This document shows positions 27,574-37,642 of a DNA stretch of 64,000 nucleotides, in pieces. Source of the stretch: Thermoproteota archaeon (GTDB taxonomy: Archaea > Korarchaeota > Korarchaeia > Korarchaeales > JAOZGB01); NCBI GenBank assembly GCA_037917685.1, contig JAVCBU010000006.1, positions 364,699-428,698 on the forward strand. Direction: 5' to 3'. The position numbers and the translations under genes are program-made. Position 1 is the first letter of the stretch, and each line of letters opens with the position of its first letter. Under the pieces are notes generated by a model. The model saw nothing but the letters and a program-made list of their open reading frames with translations. It searched no databases and was not told the origin of the DNA.

Positions 27574-29382
27574 CTACTCCACCGTCACACTTTTTGCAAG
27601 GTTTCTAGGCTTGTCGGGATCGTAACCTCTTCTAACAGCAGTATAGTACGCTAAAAACTGTAAAGGTATCACGTAGGGAATGGGGGATAAGATGTTTGAA
27701 TATCCCTTAGGCATGGGTATAGACCTATCTGAGAGCTTTTTAACTTCGCTGTCGCCATCTTCGTGAACCGCTATTACCCTTGCACCCCTAGCCCTCATTT
27801 CCATAATATTACCTACGATTTTCTCGCGGCTTTCATCATTTGGAGCTATGAAAATTACTGGAAAACCATTTTCAACCAGCGAAATGGGGCCGTGTTTAGA
27901 TTCGCCAGCGGGGTATCCTTCAGCGTGTATGTACGATATCTCCTTCAGCTTGAGAGCCCCCTCTAGGGCGGTGGCAAGACTTATGCCTCTTCCTAGGAAG
28001 TAGCAGCTGTTTACCTTGTGGATGACTTCCGCCTCCCCTTTGGCTATTGGCTCAACTCTCTTCGTAATATAGCCTAGTACGTCCGGGAGTTTCTTAAGCT
28101 TCTCAAGTAGGTCCTTACTTTCATAGCCGTTTTTTACAGCTAGTGAGTGTGCTATGCAGGCCAGCACTGTAAGCTGCCCGGTGAATGTTTTGGTAGCTGC
28201 CACACCTATCTCCGGGCCGGCCCTGATATATATCACGTGGTCTGACTCCCTAGCAATAGTACTTCCTACGATATTTACAATCGCCAGCGTCTTTGAACCA
28301 TATTCCCTTGCAAACCTCAAACTTTTGATAGTGTCCATCGTTTCACCGCTCTGGGAGATAAATATTGTCAGTGTATCTTCGTCCAGTATTGGGTTGGAAT
28401 ACTGGAACTCCGAAGCTATATATGTAAATACTGGCTTCTTAGAGTACCTTGTGATCATGTACTGACCTGCCAGTCCAGCATGGTAGGAGGTGCCAGCTGC
28501 GACGATATAGATTATTTTGGAATCCATGATAAGTTTTGCAGCTTTACCCGCTTCCTTGATTGATGTCAGCGCGTTCTTAACAACCATGGGTTGCTCATGT
28601 ATTTCCTTAAGCATAAAGTGTGGGAACCCTCCCTTTTGGGCCATCTCAGCCTTCCATGAAACTGTAATAGGTTTCTTATCAACATGCTCGCCTGAAAGCG
28701 AGTTTATAACTTCTACTCCGTCAGGCTTCAATATTGCAAGCTCGTAGTCCCTTAGGATTATCACCTTATTAGTGTGCTCTAGAAACGCTGGAATATCGGA
28801 GGCGCAGAAAAGACCTCTTTCAGCTATGCCAATTACAAGCGGGCTGTCCTTCCTAACAGCGTATACCTTTAGCGGATCCTCAGTGTACAATGCTGCTATT
28901 GCGAAGGTTCCCTTTAACCTTCTAATGGCCTTCATAAGAGCGTTCTTAAAATCTAAGCCTTCCTTCAGGTTCTCCTCAATAAGGTGGGGGATAACCTCCG
29001 TATCAGTTTCAGAGACGAATTTATGCCCTAAACTTGAAAGTTCGGCTTTTAACTCCATAAAGTTCTCTATTATCCCATTATGGACTATAGCTATTCTCCC
29101 TGTGCAGTCTATGTGAGGATGTGCATTTTCAGCAGAAGGAATTCCATGAGTCGCCCACCTAGTATGTCCGATCCCCACCCGGCCGGGCGCTCCCCTCAAG
29201 TTTAAATGCCGGTCGATATCGTCAAGCTTACCCTTATTCTTCCTCACTATTATTGAGCCGTTATGGATCGTTGCAATTCCAGCGGAGTCATAGCCACGGT
29301 ATTCCAAGGATTTAAGAGCCCTATAGATTATACTTGAAACATTTTCGCCTTTAAGTAGTAGGCATCCAACAATCCCGCACAA
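27574..29382 (-). CDS. glmS: Glutamine--fructose-6-phosphate aminotransferase
   Basis: TTG at 29382 gives the required M-C-G-I N-terminus; LEYRGYDSAG, HTRWATHG, SQSGET, PRNLAKSVTVE. Confidence 0.97.
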   Translation of the reverse strand: MCGIVGCLLLKGENVSSIIYRALKSLEYRGYDSAGIATIHNGSIIVRKNKGKLDDIDRHLNLRGAPGRVGIGHTRWATHGIPSAENAHPHIDCTGRIAIVHNGIIENFMELKAELSSLGHKFVSETDTEVIPHLIEENLKEGLDFKNALMKAIRRLKGTFAIAALYTEDPLKVYAVRKDSPLVIGIAERGLFCASDIPAFLEHTNKVIILRDYELAILKPDGVEVINSLSGEHVDKKPITVSWKAEMAQKGGFPHFMLKEIHEQPMVVKNALTSIKEAGKAAKLIMDSKIIYIVAAGTSYHAGLAGQYMITRYSKKPVFTYIASEFQYSNPILDEDTLTIFISQSGETMDTIKSLRFAREYGSKTLAIVNIVGSTIARESDHVIYIRAGPEIGVAATKTFTGQLTVLACIAHSLAVKNGYESKDLLEKLKKLPDVLGYITKRVEPIAKGEAEVIHKVNSCYFLGRGISLATALEGALKLKEISYIHAEGYPAGESKHGPISLVENGFPVIFIAPNDESREKIVGNIMEMRARGARVIAVHEDGDSEVKKLSDRSIPMPKGYSNILSPIPYVIPLQFLAYYTAVRRGYDPDKPRNLAKSVTVE

Positions 29383-29548
29383 AGCCCTCAACATTTACAA
29401 CGCATATCCCCGTTTTAAGGGTTTCCGATGAAATCGTAGAAAGAGTCTTAAACGATTGTTTAACAAAAACCTTTCGAATTACCACTTTTAACAGTTAGAC
29501 AGTATGCACGGTGGTTTCAGTTTAAAAAATATCGGATTATGTTATGAC

Positions 29549-30898
29549 ATGGTTAAGTTGAGCGGAACAGATAAAATAAGCATCAAAGAGAGAAAGGAAA
29601 CATTCAAAGAAGTATACTTGGGATTCGAAGTTGAACAGGCGGAAGCTGAATCTAAAAGGTGTCTCCAATGCCCTAAACCGTCATGTATAGCAGGCTGCCC
29701 AGCCTATGTAGACGTTAAAGGCTTCATAGAAAAGCTGAGGGAAGGAGACCTTCAAGCATCGATAAATGCGATTATGAAAACGAATCTCTTCCCAGGCGTA
29801 ACTGCAAGAGTCTGCCAGGTAGAGAAACAATGCGAAAATTCATGCGTTCTCGCAAAAACATGTAACCCAATCAGGATAGGAGCCCTCCAAAGGTACGTGG
29901 CCGATCAAACACTGCTAAAAGGTACGGTAAAACCGGAGTCTAAGCCTCCCAACGGCTACAAGGTGGCTGTGATAGGCGCAGGCCCAGCAGGTCTTAACGC
30001 TGCTGGAATACTTGCAAGAGAGGGCTTCCATGTCGATGTCTTCGACGATATGCCCTTGCCAGGTGGAGCTCTCGTATACCATATCCCACGTTTTAGACTG
30101 CCTATCGACGTTGTAAACTCGGAAATATCATATATAAAGGGCCTAGGCGTAGAACTCCACCAGGAGATTAGGATACCTCCGGAAACAGCTGCTAAACTTT
30201 TAGATTCATATGACAGGCTTATAATTGCAACAGGGGCATGGAAGCCAACCATACCGAACGTTCCTGGGGTTGAGCTAGACGGGATATACGCTGCCCTGCA
30301 CTTTCTTATAGCTGTAAACACGGATAGCGTTGGAGAAAAATGCCCACAAATAGAGAAAGGAGCTAAAGTGTTAGTAATAGGCGGTGGTGAGGTGGCAATA
30401 GACTCCGCTAGGACGGCTCTGCGACTAGGATGCGAGCCCACAATAGTCTATAGGAGGTCTGTTGCTGAAATGCCCTGTCTTAAAAGAGACAGATTAGACG
30501 CTGAGGAGGAGGGTGTAAAGATAATATACCTAGCCTCACCATTATCATTCCATGGTAAGGGCAAGGTTGAAAAGGCGGTTTTCCAGCGGATGAAGCTTGG
30601 AGAGCCGGACGAGTCCGGTAGGAGGAGGCCAATACCGATTCCAGGGGAGACTATTGAGTTAGATGCGGACGCTATTCTTCTAGCAATAGGGCAGAAAGCA
30701 GATGCGGAGTTCCTTGCGAAAATGGGTTTAGAGACTACAAGCTGGGGGACTGCTGTAGTTAACCCGGACACAATGCAGACGTCTAATCCAAAAATATACG
30801 CGGCTGGAGATGTGGTAAACGGGCCGTCAACCGTCGCCAAGGCTGTCGGAGATGGCTATGTAGCCGCGCAGCATATTATAAAAACCCTTTTAAGATAG
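29549..30898 (+). CDS. GltD/SudA/NfnB-like NAD(P)H:Fe-S flavoprotein oxidoreductase
   Basis: RCLQCPKPSCIAGCP, RVCQVEKQCENSC, GAGPAG, GGGEVAIDSA, YRRS, AAGDVVNG; start 29549 fits TTTAAAAA at 29521. Confidence 0.9.
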   Translation: MVKLSGTDKISIKERKETFKEVYLGFEVEQAEAESKRCLQCPKPSCIAGCPAYVDVKGFIEKLREGDLQASINAIMKTNLFPGVTARVCQVEKQCENSCVLAKTCNPIRIGALQRYVADQTLLKGTVKPESKPPNGYKVAVIGAGPAGLNAAGILAREGFHVDVFDDMPLPGGALVYHIPRFRLPIDVVNSEISYIKGLGVELHQEIRIPPETAAKLLDSYDRLIIATGAWKPTIPNVPGVELDGIYAALHFLIAVNTDSVGEKCPQIEKGAKVLVIGGGEVAIDSARTALRLGCEPTIVYRRSVAEMPCLKRDRLDAEEEGVKIIYLASPLSFHGKGKVEKAVFQRMKLGEPDESGRRRPIPIPGETIELDADAILLAIGQKADAEFLAKMGLETTSWGTAVVNPDTMQTSNPKIYAAGDVVNGPSTVAKAVGDGYVAAQHIIKTLLR

Positions 30899-30919
30899 CG
30901 TCAGGTATAGGCAAACAAT

Positions 30920-32071
30920 ATGCCTGAATGGGATGTAATCATAGTGGGTGCAGGCACCGCAGGCCTCTCAGCAGCTAGATGGTGCGCCAGCGAAGGCTTG
31001 AAAACGCTGATTTTCGAAGCAAAGGGGGAGATTAAAGCTTGGAAGCCATGCGGGGAGGGCATCAGCAGGGAGACACTGAAGACAGCTGATATAGACCCGT
31101 CGCCGGACTTCATAGCCAACGAGCTTGGAATGAAGGTATACGCGCCAAATGGTAGCTATGTCGACCTTGGACAGACTGGCTACGCGATAAACAAGGACAT
31201 GTTCCTCCATAGGCTGGCTGTTGCTGCGGCAGAGCAGGGGGCAGAATTCAAAATGTTTGAACCCGTCAAGACTGTCATAAGAGAAGATGGGAAAATGATT
31301 GTTAAAACTACAAGGGGAACATACGACGCCCTGCTGGTTATAGGAGCCGATGGGATAGGCCCCAACTCAACAGTAGCAAGATCTCTGGGAATGAACAACA
31401 AGGTTGAAATAATCCCATGTGTGCAATATAAAATGGCCTGTTGCAACATAGAGGATGAAAATGGCAGAATCTACCTTGGTAGATTGGTTGCTCCACTAGG
31501 CTACGCTTGGATATTTCCTAAGGGTGGCGGGGTGGCTAACGTAGGCCTCGGCGTAAGGGGAGAGCCTGCTATGCCCTACCTGCAAAGATTTGTCAATTCT
31601 CACAGGGAAATCTTCAGAAACGCTAAGATAATAGGATTCGGCTCAGCCCCGGTGCCGATAGGTGGGCTAGCTAAGGAAATAACTGGAGATGGGGTTATCC
31701 TAATAGGAGATGCGGCAGGAACAGTGATACCGTTTACAGGTGCAGGGATACACTCATCGATAGCAGCGGGCAAAATAGCATCTAAAATAGTTGCAGAGGC
31801 TGTCTCCCAGGAGGATAGCTCAAAGGCCATACTACAAAAGTTTGAGGAAGAATACGATAAGTACTGGGGGAAGAGAATAAGAAGCAGTCTAAAGGCAATG
31901 CGGGTGTTTGAGAAGCTTAGCGACGAAGATCTCAACATGCTGGCGGACATACTGACAGCTGAAGATATAGTAAACCTTGCAAATGGAGTGAACATACTTA
32001 AAACAGCTACCAAACTGTTAAAACACCCGGTTTTAGCCGCTAAACTGGCTAGACCCCTACTTGGGAAATGA
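30920..32071 (+). CDS. Geranylgeranyl reductase family flavoprotein
   Basis: GAGTAG, KPCGEG, IGADG, GYAWIFPKG (YxWxFP), IGDAAG. Confidence 0.92.
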   Translation: MPEWDVIIVGAGTAGLSAARWCASEGLKTLIFEAKGEIKAWKPCGEGISRETLKTADIDPSPDFIANELGMKVYAPNGSYVDLGQTGYAINKDMFLHRLAVAAAEQGAEFKMFEPVKTVIREDGKMIVKTTRGTYDALLVIGADGIGPNSTVARSLGMNNKVEIIPCVQYKMACCNIEDENGRIYLGRLVAPLGYAWIFPKGGGVANVGLGVRGEPAMPYLQRFVNSHREIFRNAKIIGFGSAPVPIGGLAKEITGDGVILIGDAAGTVIPFTGAGIHSSIAAGKIASKIVAEAVSQEDSSKAILQKFEEEYDKYWGKRIRSSLKAMRVFEKLSDEDLNMLADILTAEDIVNLANGVNILKTATKLLKHPVLAAKLARPLLGK

Positions 32072-32799
32072 AGCTTAAAATAGGATGCTGCGGGTTCATA
32101 AAGTCTAGAAAGAAGTACTATGAAGACTTCAATCTCGTAGAAATACAAAGAACATTCTACAAGCTTCCAATGGTCAAGACAGCCGCTAAATGGAGAGCTG
32201 AAGCCCCGGAAAACTTCGAGTTCACAATGAAGGCATGGCAACTAATTACCCACCCATATACAAGCCCTACATGGAGGAAAGCCGGGGTAAAAGTTGAAGA
32301 CAAATTGAAAGACAGGTATGGCCATCTCCAACCGACAGAGGAAAACCTTGAAGCCTGGGCGAAGACCGTAGAAATAGCCGATTCACTTCAAGCCAGGATA
32401 ATAGTCATCCAATGCCCACCATCCTTCAAGGCTACAGAAGAGAATATAAACAATGCCCAAATATTCTTGAAAGAGGCATCCATGTCAAGATACACTATAG
32501 GTCTAGAGCTAAGACACAAGTCATGGACCCCCGACAAGACACGTAAACTCATAGAACTACCAGGCGTGATCCACGTGACAGACCTACTTAAAGAGAAACC
32601 TGTAATTGTTAAGGATACCGTTTACACCAGGCTACACGGACTAAACGGTATAAACTACCGTTACAAGTACACGGATCGAGACCTTAAGAAACTGCTGGAA
32701 ATTATAAACACACTTAAAGGCTCCAATGAAGCCTACATACTGTTTAACAATGGCTACAACGCTTATGAAGATGCAAAAAGACTTATAAAAATGTTATAA
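32068..32799 (+). CDS. DUF72-family protein
   Basis: IGCCGF, VEIQRTFY, FTMKAWQLITH, QCPPSF, RLHG, YILFNN. Confidence 0.92.
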   Translation: MKLKIGCCGFIKSRKKYYEDFNLVEIQRTFYKLPMVKTAAKWRAEAPENFEFTMKAWQLITHPYTSPTWRKAGVKVEDKLKDRYGHLQPTEENLEAWAKTVEIADSLQARIIVIQCPPSFKATEENINNAQIFLKEASMSRYTIGLELRHKSWTPDKTRKLIELPGVIHVTDLLKEKPVIVKDTVYTRLHGLNGINYRYKYTDRDLKKLLEIINTLKGSNEAYILFNNGYNAYEDAKRLIKML

Positions 32800-33318
32800 G
32801 AGAATCCTACTAACCTCCAACGTCTCACTATCCAGCAGAGCAACAGTACTATTCCCGCTAAGATATCCACATGCTTCACCAGGGTTCAAAATAATATATT
32901 CACCCCTCTTCTCAAACCTGAACCTATGCGTGTGCCCGTAAATCACGTTTAAATTCATCGTTCTAGTCAGTGCATCAGCAAGCTTCTCTGTGAAGTCAAT
33001 AGAGCTAAAACCATGAAACATAATGAAACCTCTTCCATCAATTTCAAACCTATAAAAGCCCTCATGAACCTCAAACCCGAGTTCAGATGCGATTTTCGCA
33101 AGTAAAGGCTTATCACCGTCGTTGTTGCCATATACGCCTACAAGCTTACATTTCAAACCTGAGAAGACCCTCAACGAGAAAGGAGCAATGAAATCCCCGC
33201 AGTGGACGACAAGGCCGACTCTCTCCATATTAAAATACTCAACAGCCTTCCTCACAGCCGAAATTGAGTCATGAGTATCTGAAACCACACCTACAAGCAT
33301 AACACTCCTAAACGCCAT
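32794..33318 (-). CDS. MJ0936/YfcE-family metallophosphodiesterase
   Basis: SDTHD, HCGD, GNNDG, FHG, GHTH, NPGE. Confidence 0.93.
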   Translation of the reverse strand: MAFRSVMLVGVVSDTHDSISAVRKAVEYFNMERVGLVVHCGDFIAPFSLRVFSGLKCKLVGVYGNNDGDKPLLAKIASELGFEVHEGFYRFEIDGRGFIMFHGFSSIDFTEKLADALTRTMNLNVIYGHTHRFRFEKRGEYIILNPGEACGYLSGNSTVALLDSETLEVSRILL

Positions 33319-33388
33319 ATAATTTTAAAACTTAAAGCACAAGAATAACCACCTTTAAAAGCATTATCCAACATAATGTACTATTTGG

Positions 33389-35038
33389 ATGATGATGAAA
33401 GGGAAAATACCCATATACATAATATTGCTGCTTATGCTGGCACCTTCGATTCCAAGCATCACCGCATATACTAAAGATACTTACGAGATAACACTGACGT
33501 TCACAAGCTCATTCCCCAAGTCAACATTCAGGGAAGGGTTGAAGCTATGCCTCTGGATGCCGCCTACAAGGATTTATAAGTTCGGCTTTACAAAAAACCA
33601 GCCGTACCAGACAGCCGAGGTAATTTCGATAATCGATGCCAACTCAGGAAATAACGTTAACCCAGACCAGGTGCTACAAACACCCGAAGGTAACACACTG
33701 CTAGTCTTTGAAACCAGCAAGCTTCAAGCAGAAGACACCGGAGGAACCTATAACTACCGGCTGATCCTAACCCTGAAAATAACGCTAACATACTTTAAAG
33801 AAACAATATCCCAGTCGAACTCTGGAACCATAAATGACATCCCTAAGGAGCTGAAACTAAAATACTGCATCCCAGAGAAATACTGGGAAACACAAAACCA
33901 GGAGTTAATAGATCTAGCAAACAGTCTGACAGATTCAAACAATGTATACGTAATTGTTAAATCTATCTATGACTACGTAACCGGGTTAACATACGACCTC
34001 TCTGTTCTAAGAACTGGGAGGAGCGCATACAAATGCTACCAAACCGGGAGAGGCGTATGCCAGGACTTCTCAGACCTAATGGTTACCCTGTGCAGGATAA
34101 GAGGGGTGCCCGCCAGGCTTGTGGTGGGAGCAGCCTATATATCTGGAATGAGGAACTTGGAAGAAGGGTTGCATGCATGGGTTGAAGCCTACATACCGCC
34201 CTGGGGATGGATAGTTATGGACCCCACAAACTGGTTCATGGAAAGAGGTGGATACTTCGGACTGCTAAGCGAGAGGCTGCCATTAATCTCATGGATAGTT
34301 GTCGAACACGGGCTAATAGGATATGACCCTGATGATATGAGAGGGAGATCCCCGATGTTCGGGTTTTTCGCTCCAAGATTCGACCAGGGATCAGTAAGTG
34401 TTGATGGTGCGATACAGCCCGCCTCAGGAGAAGCCGTAAACAATCTCAACCCTAAAACCGGGACGAGTAGCATTGTAGCCTTCCTAACACTATATCTCCA
34501 CCATAGGGATATAGAAGCAGTATACGGGAACGAGGTAGATAGAAGCATGTGCTATAAGTATTACAAGTTCATAACCGACAGATCTGTCGACTATAACAGC
34601 CAGAGACGATTCCAAGAGGCAATAATACTGGGCGGAGAAATAGCCAACCCAGAGATGAAGCCTCTTAATGACGATATGAGGATGAAGAGAGTCTACGAAT
34701 TCTCCTACACCTATACTCCAATAACAACTTTGTGGTACTATGTTTACAGCAAAAGATCGAATCTAACTGTGACAGGAGAAGACTATGGAGTAAGAGATTA
34801 CGGAGTAATATTCACAACTCGGAAGTTCGAGACAGTTGGTGGTGTAAGCCTGTACCGGGACGTGCTAGCGGTTCAGGGGCTCACCATGTATGGCACATGG
34901 GCGTGCTGGGTCTTCCTCCAGGAATACGTCTATACCGAGATAAGCGAGGCATCCGATTTCATAGTGATCTCATGGGAGGACTCTAATGGCAACGGAGTGG
35001 TAGAATACGAGGAGATCGATGTAGTGGCAACGGGATGA
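33389..35038 (+). CDS. Secreted transglutaminase-like (Cys-His-Asp) protein with a C-terminal surface-protein domain
   Basis: Signal peptide; GVCQDF, HAWVE, MDPT triad. Confidence 0.85.
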   Translation: MMMKGKIPIYIILLLMLAPSIPSITAYTKDTYEITLTFTSSFPKSTFREGLKLCLWMPPTRIYKFGFTKNQPYQTAEVISIIDANSGNNVNPDQVLQTPEGNTLLVFETSKLQAEDTGGTYNYRLILTLKITLTYFKETISQSNSGTINDIPKELKLKYCIPEKYWETQNQELIDLANSLTDSNNVYVIVKSIYDYVTGLTYDLSVLRTGRSAYKCYQTGRGVCQDFSDLMVTLCRIRGVPARLVVGAAYISGMRNLEEGLHAWVEAYIPPWGWIVMDPTNWFMERGGYFGLLSERLPLISWIVVEHGLIGYDPDDMRGRSPMFGFFAPRFDQGSVSVDGAIQPASGEAVNNLNPKTGTSSIVAFLTLYLHHRDIEAVYGNEVDRSMCYKYYKFITDRSVDYNSQRRFQEAIILGGEIANPEMKPLNDDMRMKRVYEFSYTYTPITTLWYYVYSKRSNLTVTGEDYGVRDYGVIFTTRKFETVGGVSLYRDVLAVQGLTMYGTWACWVFLQEYVYTEISEASDFIVISWEDSNGNGVVEYEEIDVVATG

Positions 35039-35040
35039 TG

Positions 35041-35478
35041 CTACTTCACCTCTATTTTCACTCCTTTTATTGCTCTTGGAAGCCTAACCTCTAATACTCC
35101 ATTCCTGAATCTCGCCCTGGCATTTTCAGGCTCCACCTGTACCGGAAGCCTCACCCTTGTATGAAACTCTCTGAACGACTTCTCCTCGCTACTCAAGCCC
35201 CACCTACGTAGTCTAAACTCTCTCGACGATTTCGCTCTAACCTCAAGGGTATCCTTTGTCGCTGTGAGACTGATGTTCTCCTTCTCAACCCCAGGAAGGT
35301 CTATTGTGACTATCACCTCGGAGTCTGTGACTGTGAGGTCGCACAAGGGCTCTAAACATCCAGTTGATAACTCCTTCTCTGCAACGCGGCGTATGGACTC
35401 CTCTATCTCTTGGAATTCCCTCTGAACACGCCTTAAAACCTTTAGAAACTCGTCTTCAATCCAACTCATACTTCTCAC
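35041..35478 (-). CDS. Small heat-shock protein Hsp20
   Basis: DLPGVEKENI, LPVQV, ARFRNGVLEVRLP, C-terminal IEV. Confidence 0.95.
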   Translation of the reverse strand: MRSMSWIEDEFLKVLRRVQREFQEIEESIRRVAEKELSTGCLEPLCDLTVTDSEVIVTIDLPGVEKENISLTATKDTLEVRAKSSREFRLRRWGLSSEEKSFREFHTRVRLPVQVEPENARARFRNGVLEVRLPRAIKGVKIEVK

Positions 35479-36215
35479 CCAATATAAGCTGGTAAACCTG
35501 TCTCCTTAACAGGCGTCATGGCGGCAGTTGATCTCATAAGCTCCTTAAGCTTAACCTTTATCTCGTCAGCCTCACGGAACAGCTGTTCGGTGTCTATCTC
35601 AAAGCCGAAGAGGCTTTCAAAGGCTTCAAGTATGGCGCCCGCAGCCCCAGGATCCGGATAATTTCCGAAGGACTGTGCAAGCAGGCTTACAGCTGGAATA
35701 CCATAGTCAAGCGAATCCCTTAGAATTAGAGCCTTAATGCCAGTAATGAATCCCTCCCTCATAACTTTTATCTTACTCTTCTCGAGAACCTCCCTGTACT
35801 CCCTTGAATTGCTGACCCCGAAAATGCTGAGCTGTTCAGCCTCTATCCTTTTAGGATCAGCAAAGCCGTCGAAGGATACTATGACCTTAACCCTTTTTTC
35901 AGAGAACCATTTCAACAATGATTTAATAAGCGGCTCAAAGGTGACAGCAGGTAGAGGTATCTCGGAGATAACGGCGATCAAATCCTCTTTTGCATAGATT
36001 CTTACGGGCTTGTAAACCTCACCCCTATGTAACGCCACAAACGGCGGAAACATCGGTGACTCTATGGATGCTATATGCTTAAGTCCAAGTTTAGTAATCA
36101 TGTAGCTTGCAGCTATTGCCCCGACGAGCCCCGCACCCGGGAAGCCTTCCACAGCTATTGGCTCCTTAAACTCTATCATCTCCAGGTCTCTTATCCTAAC
36201 AGAATCTGAATCCAT
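35475..36215 (-). CDS. PAC2-family proteasome assembly chaperone homolog
   Basis: EGFPGAGLVGAIA, PVRIY, YPDPGAA; ATG 36215 lies about 25-30 nt below a TTTATATT box. Confidence 0.9.
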   Translation of the reverse strand: MDSDSVRIRDLEMIEFKEPIAVEGFPGAGLVGAIAASYMITKLGLKHIASIESPMFPPFVALHRGEVYKPVRIYAKEDLIAVISEIPLPAVTFEPLIKSLLKWFSEKRVKVIVSFDGFADPKRIEAEQLSIFGVSNSREYREVLEKSKIKVMREGFITGIKALILRDSLDYGIPAVSLLAQSFGNYPDPGAAGAILEAFESLFGFEIDTEQLFREADEIKVKLKELMRSTAAMTPVKETGLPAYIG

Positions 36216-36258
36216 CACATAATATTCAATGGTAACATCAATATAAACACTTTCAACC

Positions 36259-37470
36259 CTAGCCTCCTCTCTGCCATACACTGTATCGTTTTATGATAAA
36301 CCAGCCTGCCAGAAAAGCGGCTATCAAGAAGGCCACTAATGCAACCCTAAAGGGTGGCACCCTATCCCTAAGGGATGGTTCTACTATGATGTCTACCTCA
36401 TCCTCGACGTACTTGGGTACAGGAATGTTCTCCATGAAGTAAGTTACACGTGCAAACACGCTTCCCCTCTCCCCTGTCTCCACCCTAAGCCTAATGGTGA
36501 AAGATTCTTCGCTTAGAGGCTCAATCGTTCCCAACTTGAAATAGGAGCTCTCCCTCCCAACCTTGACATATACTGTGGCATTTATAGCAGGATACTCAGC
36601 CTTGTTGAATACTGAAAGCGTGATATTAATCTCAGTATGGTTCTTCACGGTTAAAGGTGCATATATGGCTACTTCAAGCTGTGGCGATTTCTCTACGATG
36701 AATGTTGGGGTATACCTGTAGATAAAGGTTCTATTATCTACATTAAAGCTTATCGTGACATATACCCTGTGAATGCCTCCCTCCACATTTCTCGGCACCG
36801 TAAACTCTTTAGAGTAGGAGAACCTCTCACCGTAGAAAAGTATACTACGGTTCTTAATAATAGTCTCGCGCGTGCGTGCGATAGGAATCGTAATGTTAAC
36901 CCTGAAGTCTACAAGATCCTTCTTTGGCTGGGGAAACTCATCATTAATAACCACTACCTTCAATCTCACCTTGTCACCTGGTGCTACAATATTGGGGGCC
37001 AGCTCTACAGAGTGCCACACCGAGTAGGGCTTAATCTTTACCTGCTGGCTCTTCTCAAACTCTACCAGGACTACATCCCCCTCAGGTGTCCTCTCCGCCC
37101 CCCTACCACTTATAGTTACCGTGTATGTTCCCCCTGTGGCATTAATAGGTACGGAAACCCTAACCTTAAGGGTAAACTGGTCGACACCTATTACGGGGTA
37201 GAAGTACCACTTTTCAGTAGCATCTTCATACACAAGATGCTCAGCCAGCCAGCTGGGTGGTTGGAGAAACTTCGGAAGCTTCAAAGTAATATTCATGGAT
37301 TCAAGCGTCCTTGGGCAGTCTCCCTTCGTTATGTTCAGGATTATAAGGAAATACCCCCCTGCAATAACCTCCGTAGGATAGAATTCCACATTCCAGTAGT
37401 GAGTAGGCTCTAAAACTGGAGTAACAGCTGGTATTAGGATAAAGCATAATATTATGCCTATCTCCTTCAC
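36259..37470 (-). CDS. Membrane-anchored surface protein with Ig/CARDB-like (COG1361-like) repeats
   Basis: Signal peptide, three beta-rich repeats with many N-x-T sequons, C-terminal TM + KR. Confidence 0.7.
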   Translation of the reverse strand: MKEIGIILCFILIPAVTPVLEPTHYWNVEFYPTEVIAGGYFLIILNITKGDCPRTLESMNITLKLPKFLQPPSWLAEHLVYEDATEKWYFYPVIGVDQFTLKVRVSVPINATGGTYTVTISGRGAERTPEGDVVLVEFEKSQQVKIKPYSVWHSVELAPNIVAPGDKVRLKVVVINDEFPQPKKDLVDFRVNITIPIARTRETIIKNRSILFYGERFSYSKEFTVPRNVEGGIHRVYVTISFNVDNRTFIYRYTPTFIVEKSPQLEVAIYAPLTVKNHTEINITLSVFNKAEYPAINATVYVKVGRESSYFKLGTIEPLSEESFTIRLRVETGERGSVFARVTYFMENIPVPKYVEDEVDIIVEPSLRDRVPPFRVALVAFLIAAFLAGWFIIKRYSVWQRGG

Positions 37471-37642
37471 AGTTCCTTAACCTCAAGCTTTTAATTTTAA
37501 TTTACGGTATAAACATGAAAATTAGAATAGGCCTTTAAGTAATTTTCCTAGAATCATGTCTGCATCTTTATGTCAAGCTTTATAAGCATTAGCATTAATA
37601 ATTAACATTAATATTTGTAAGACAGCTATTTGAGACAGCCAG

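Noticed and set aside
36769-37413. 214-aa plus-strand ORF
   Set aside because: Antisense to the surface-protein gene, which has a signal peptide and anchor; composition not protein-like
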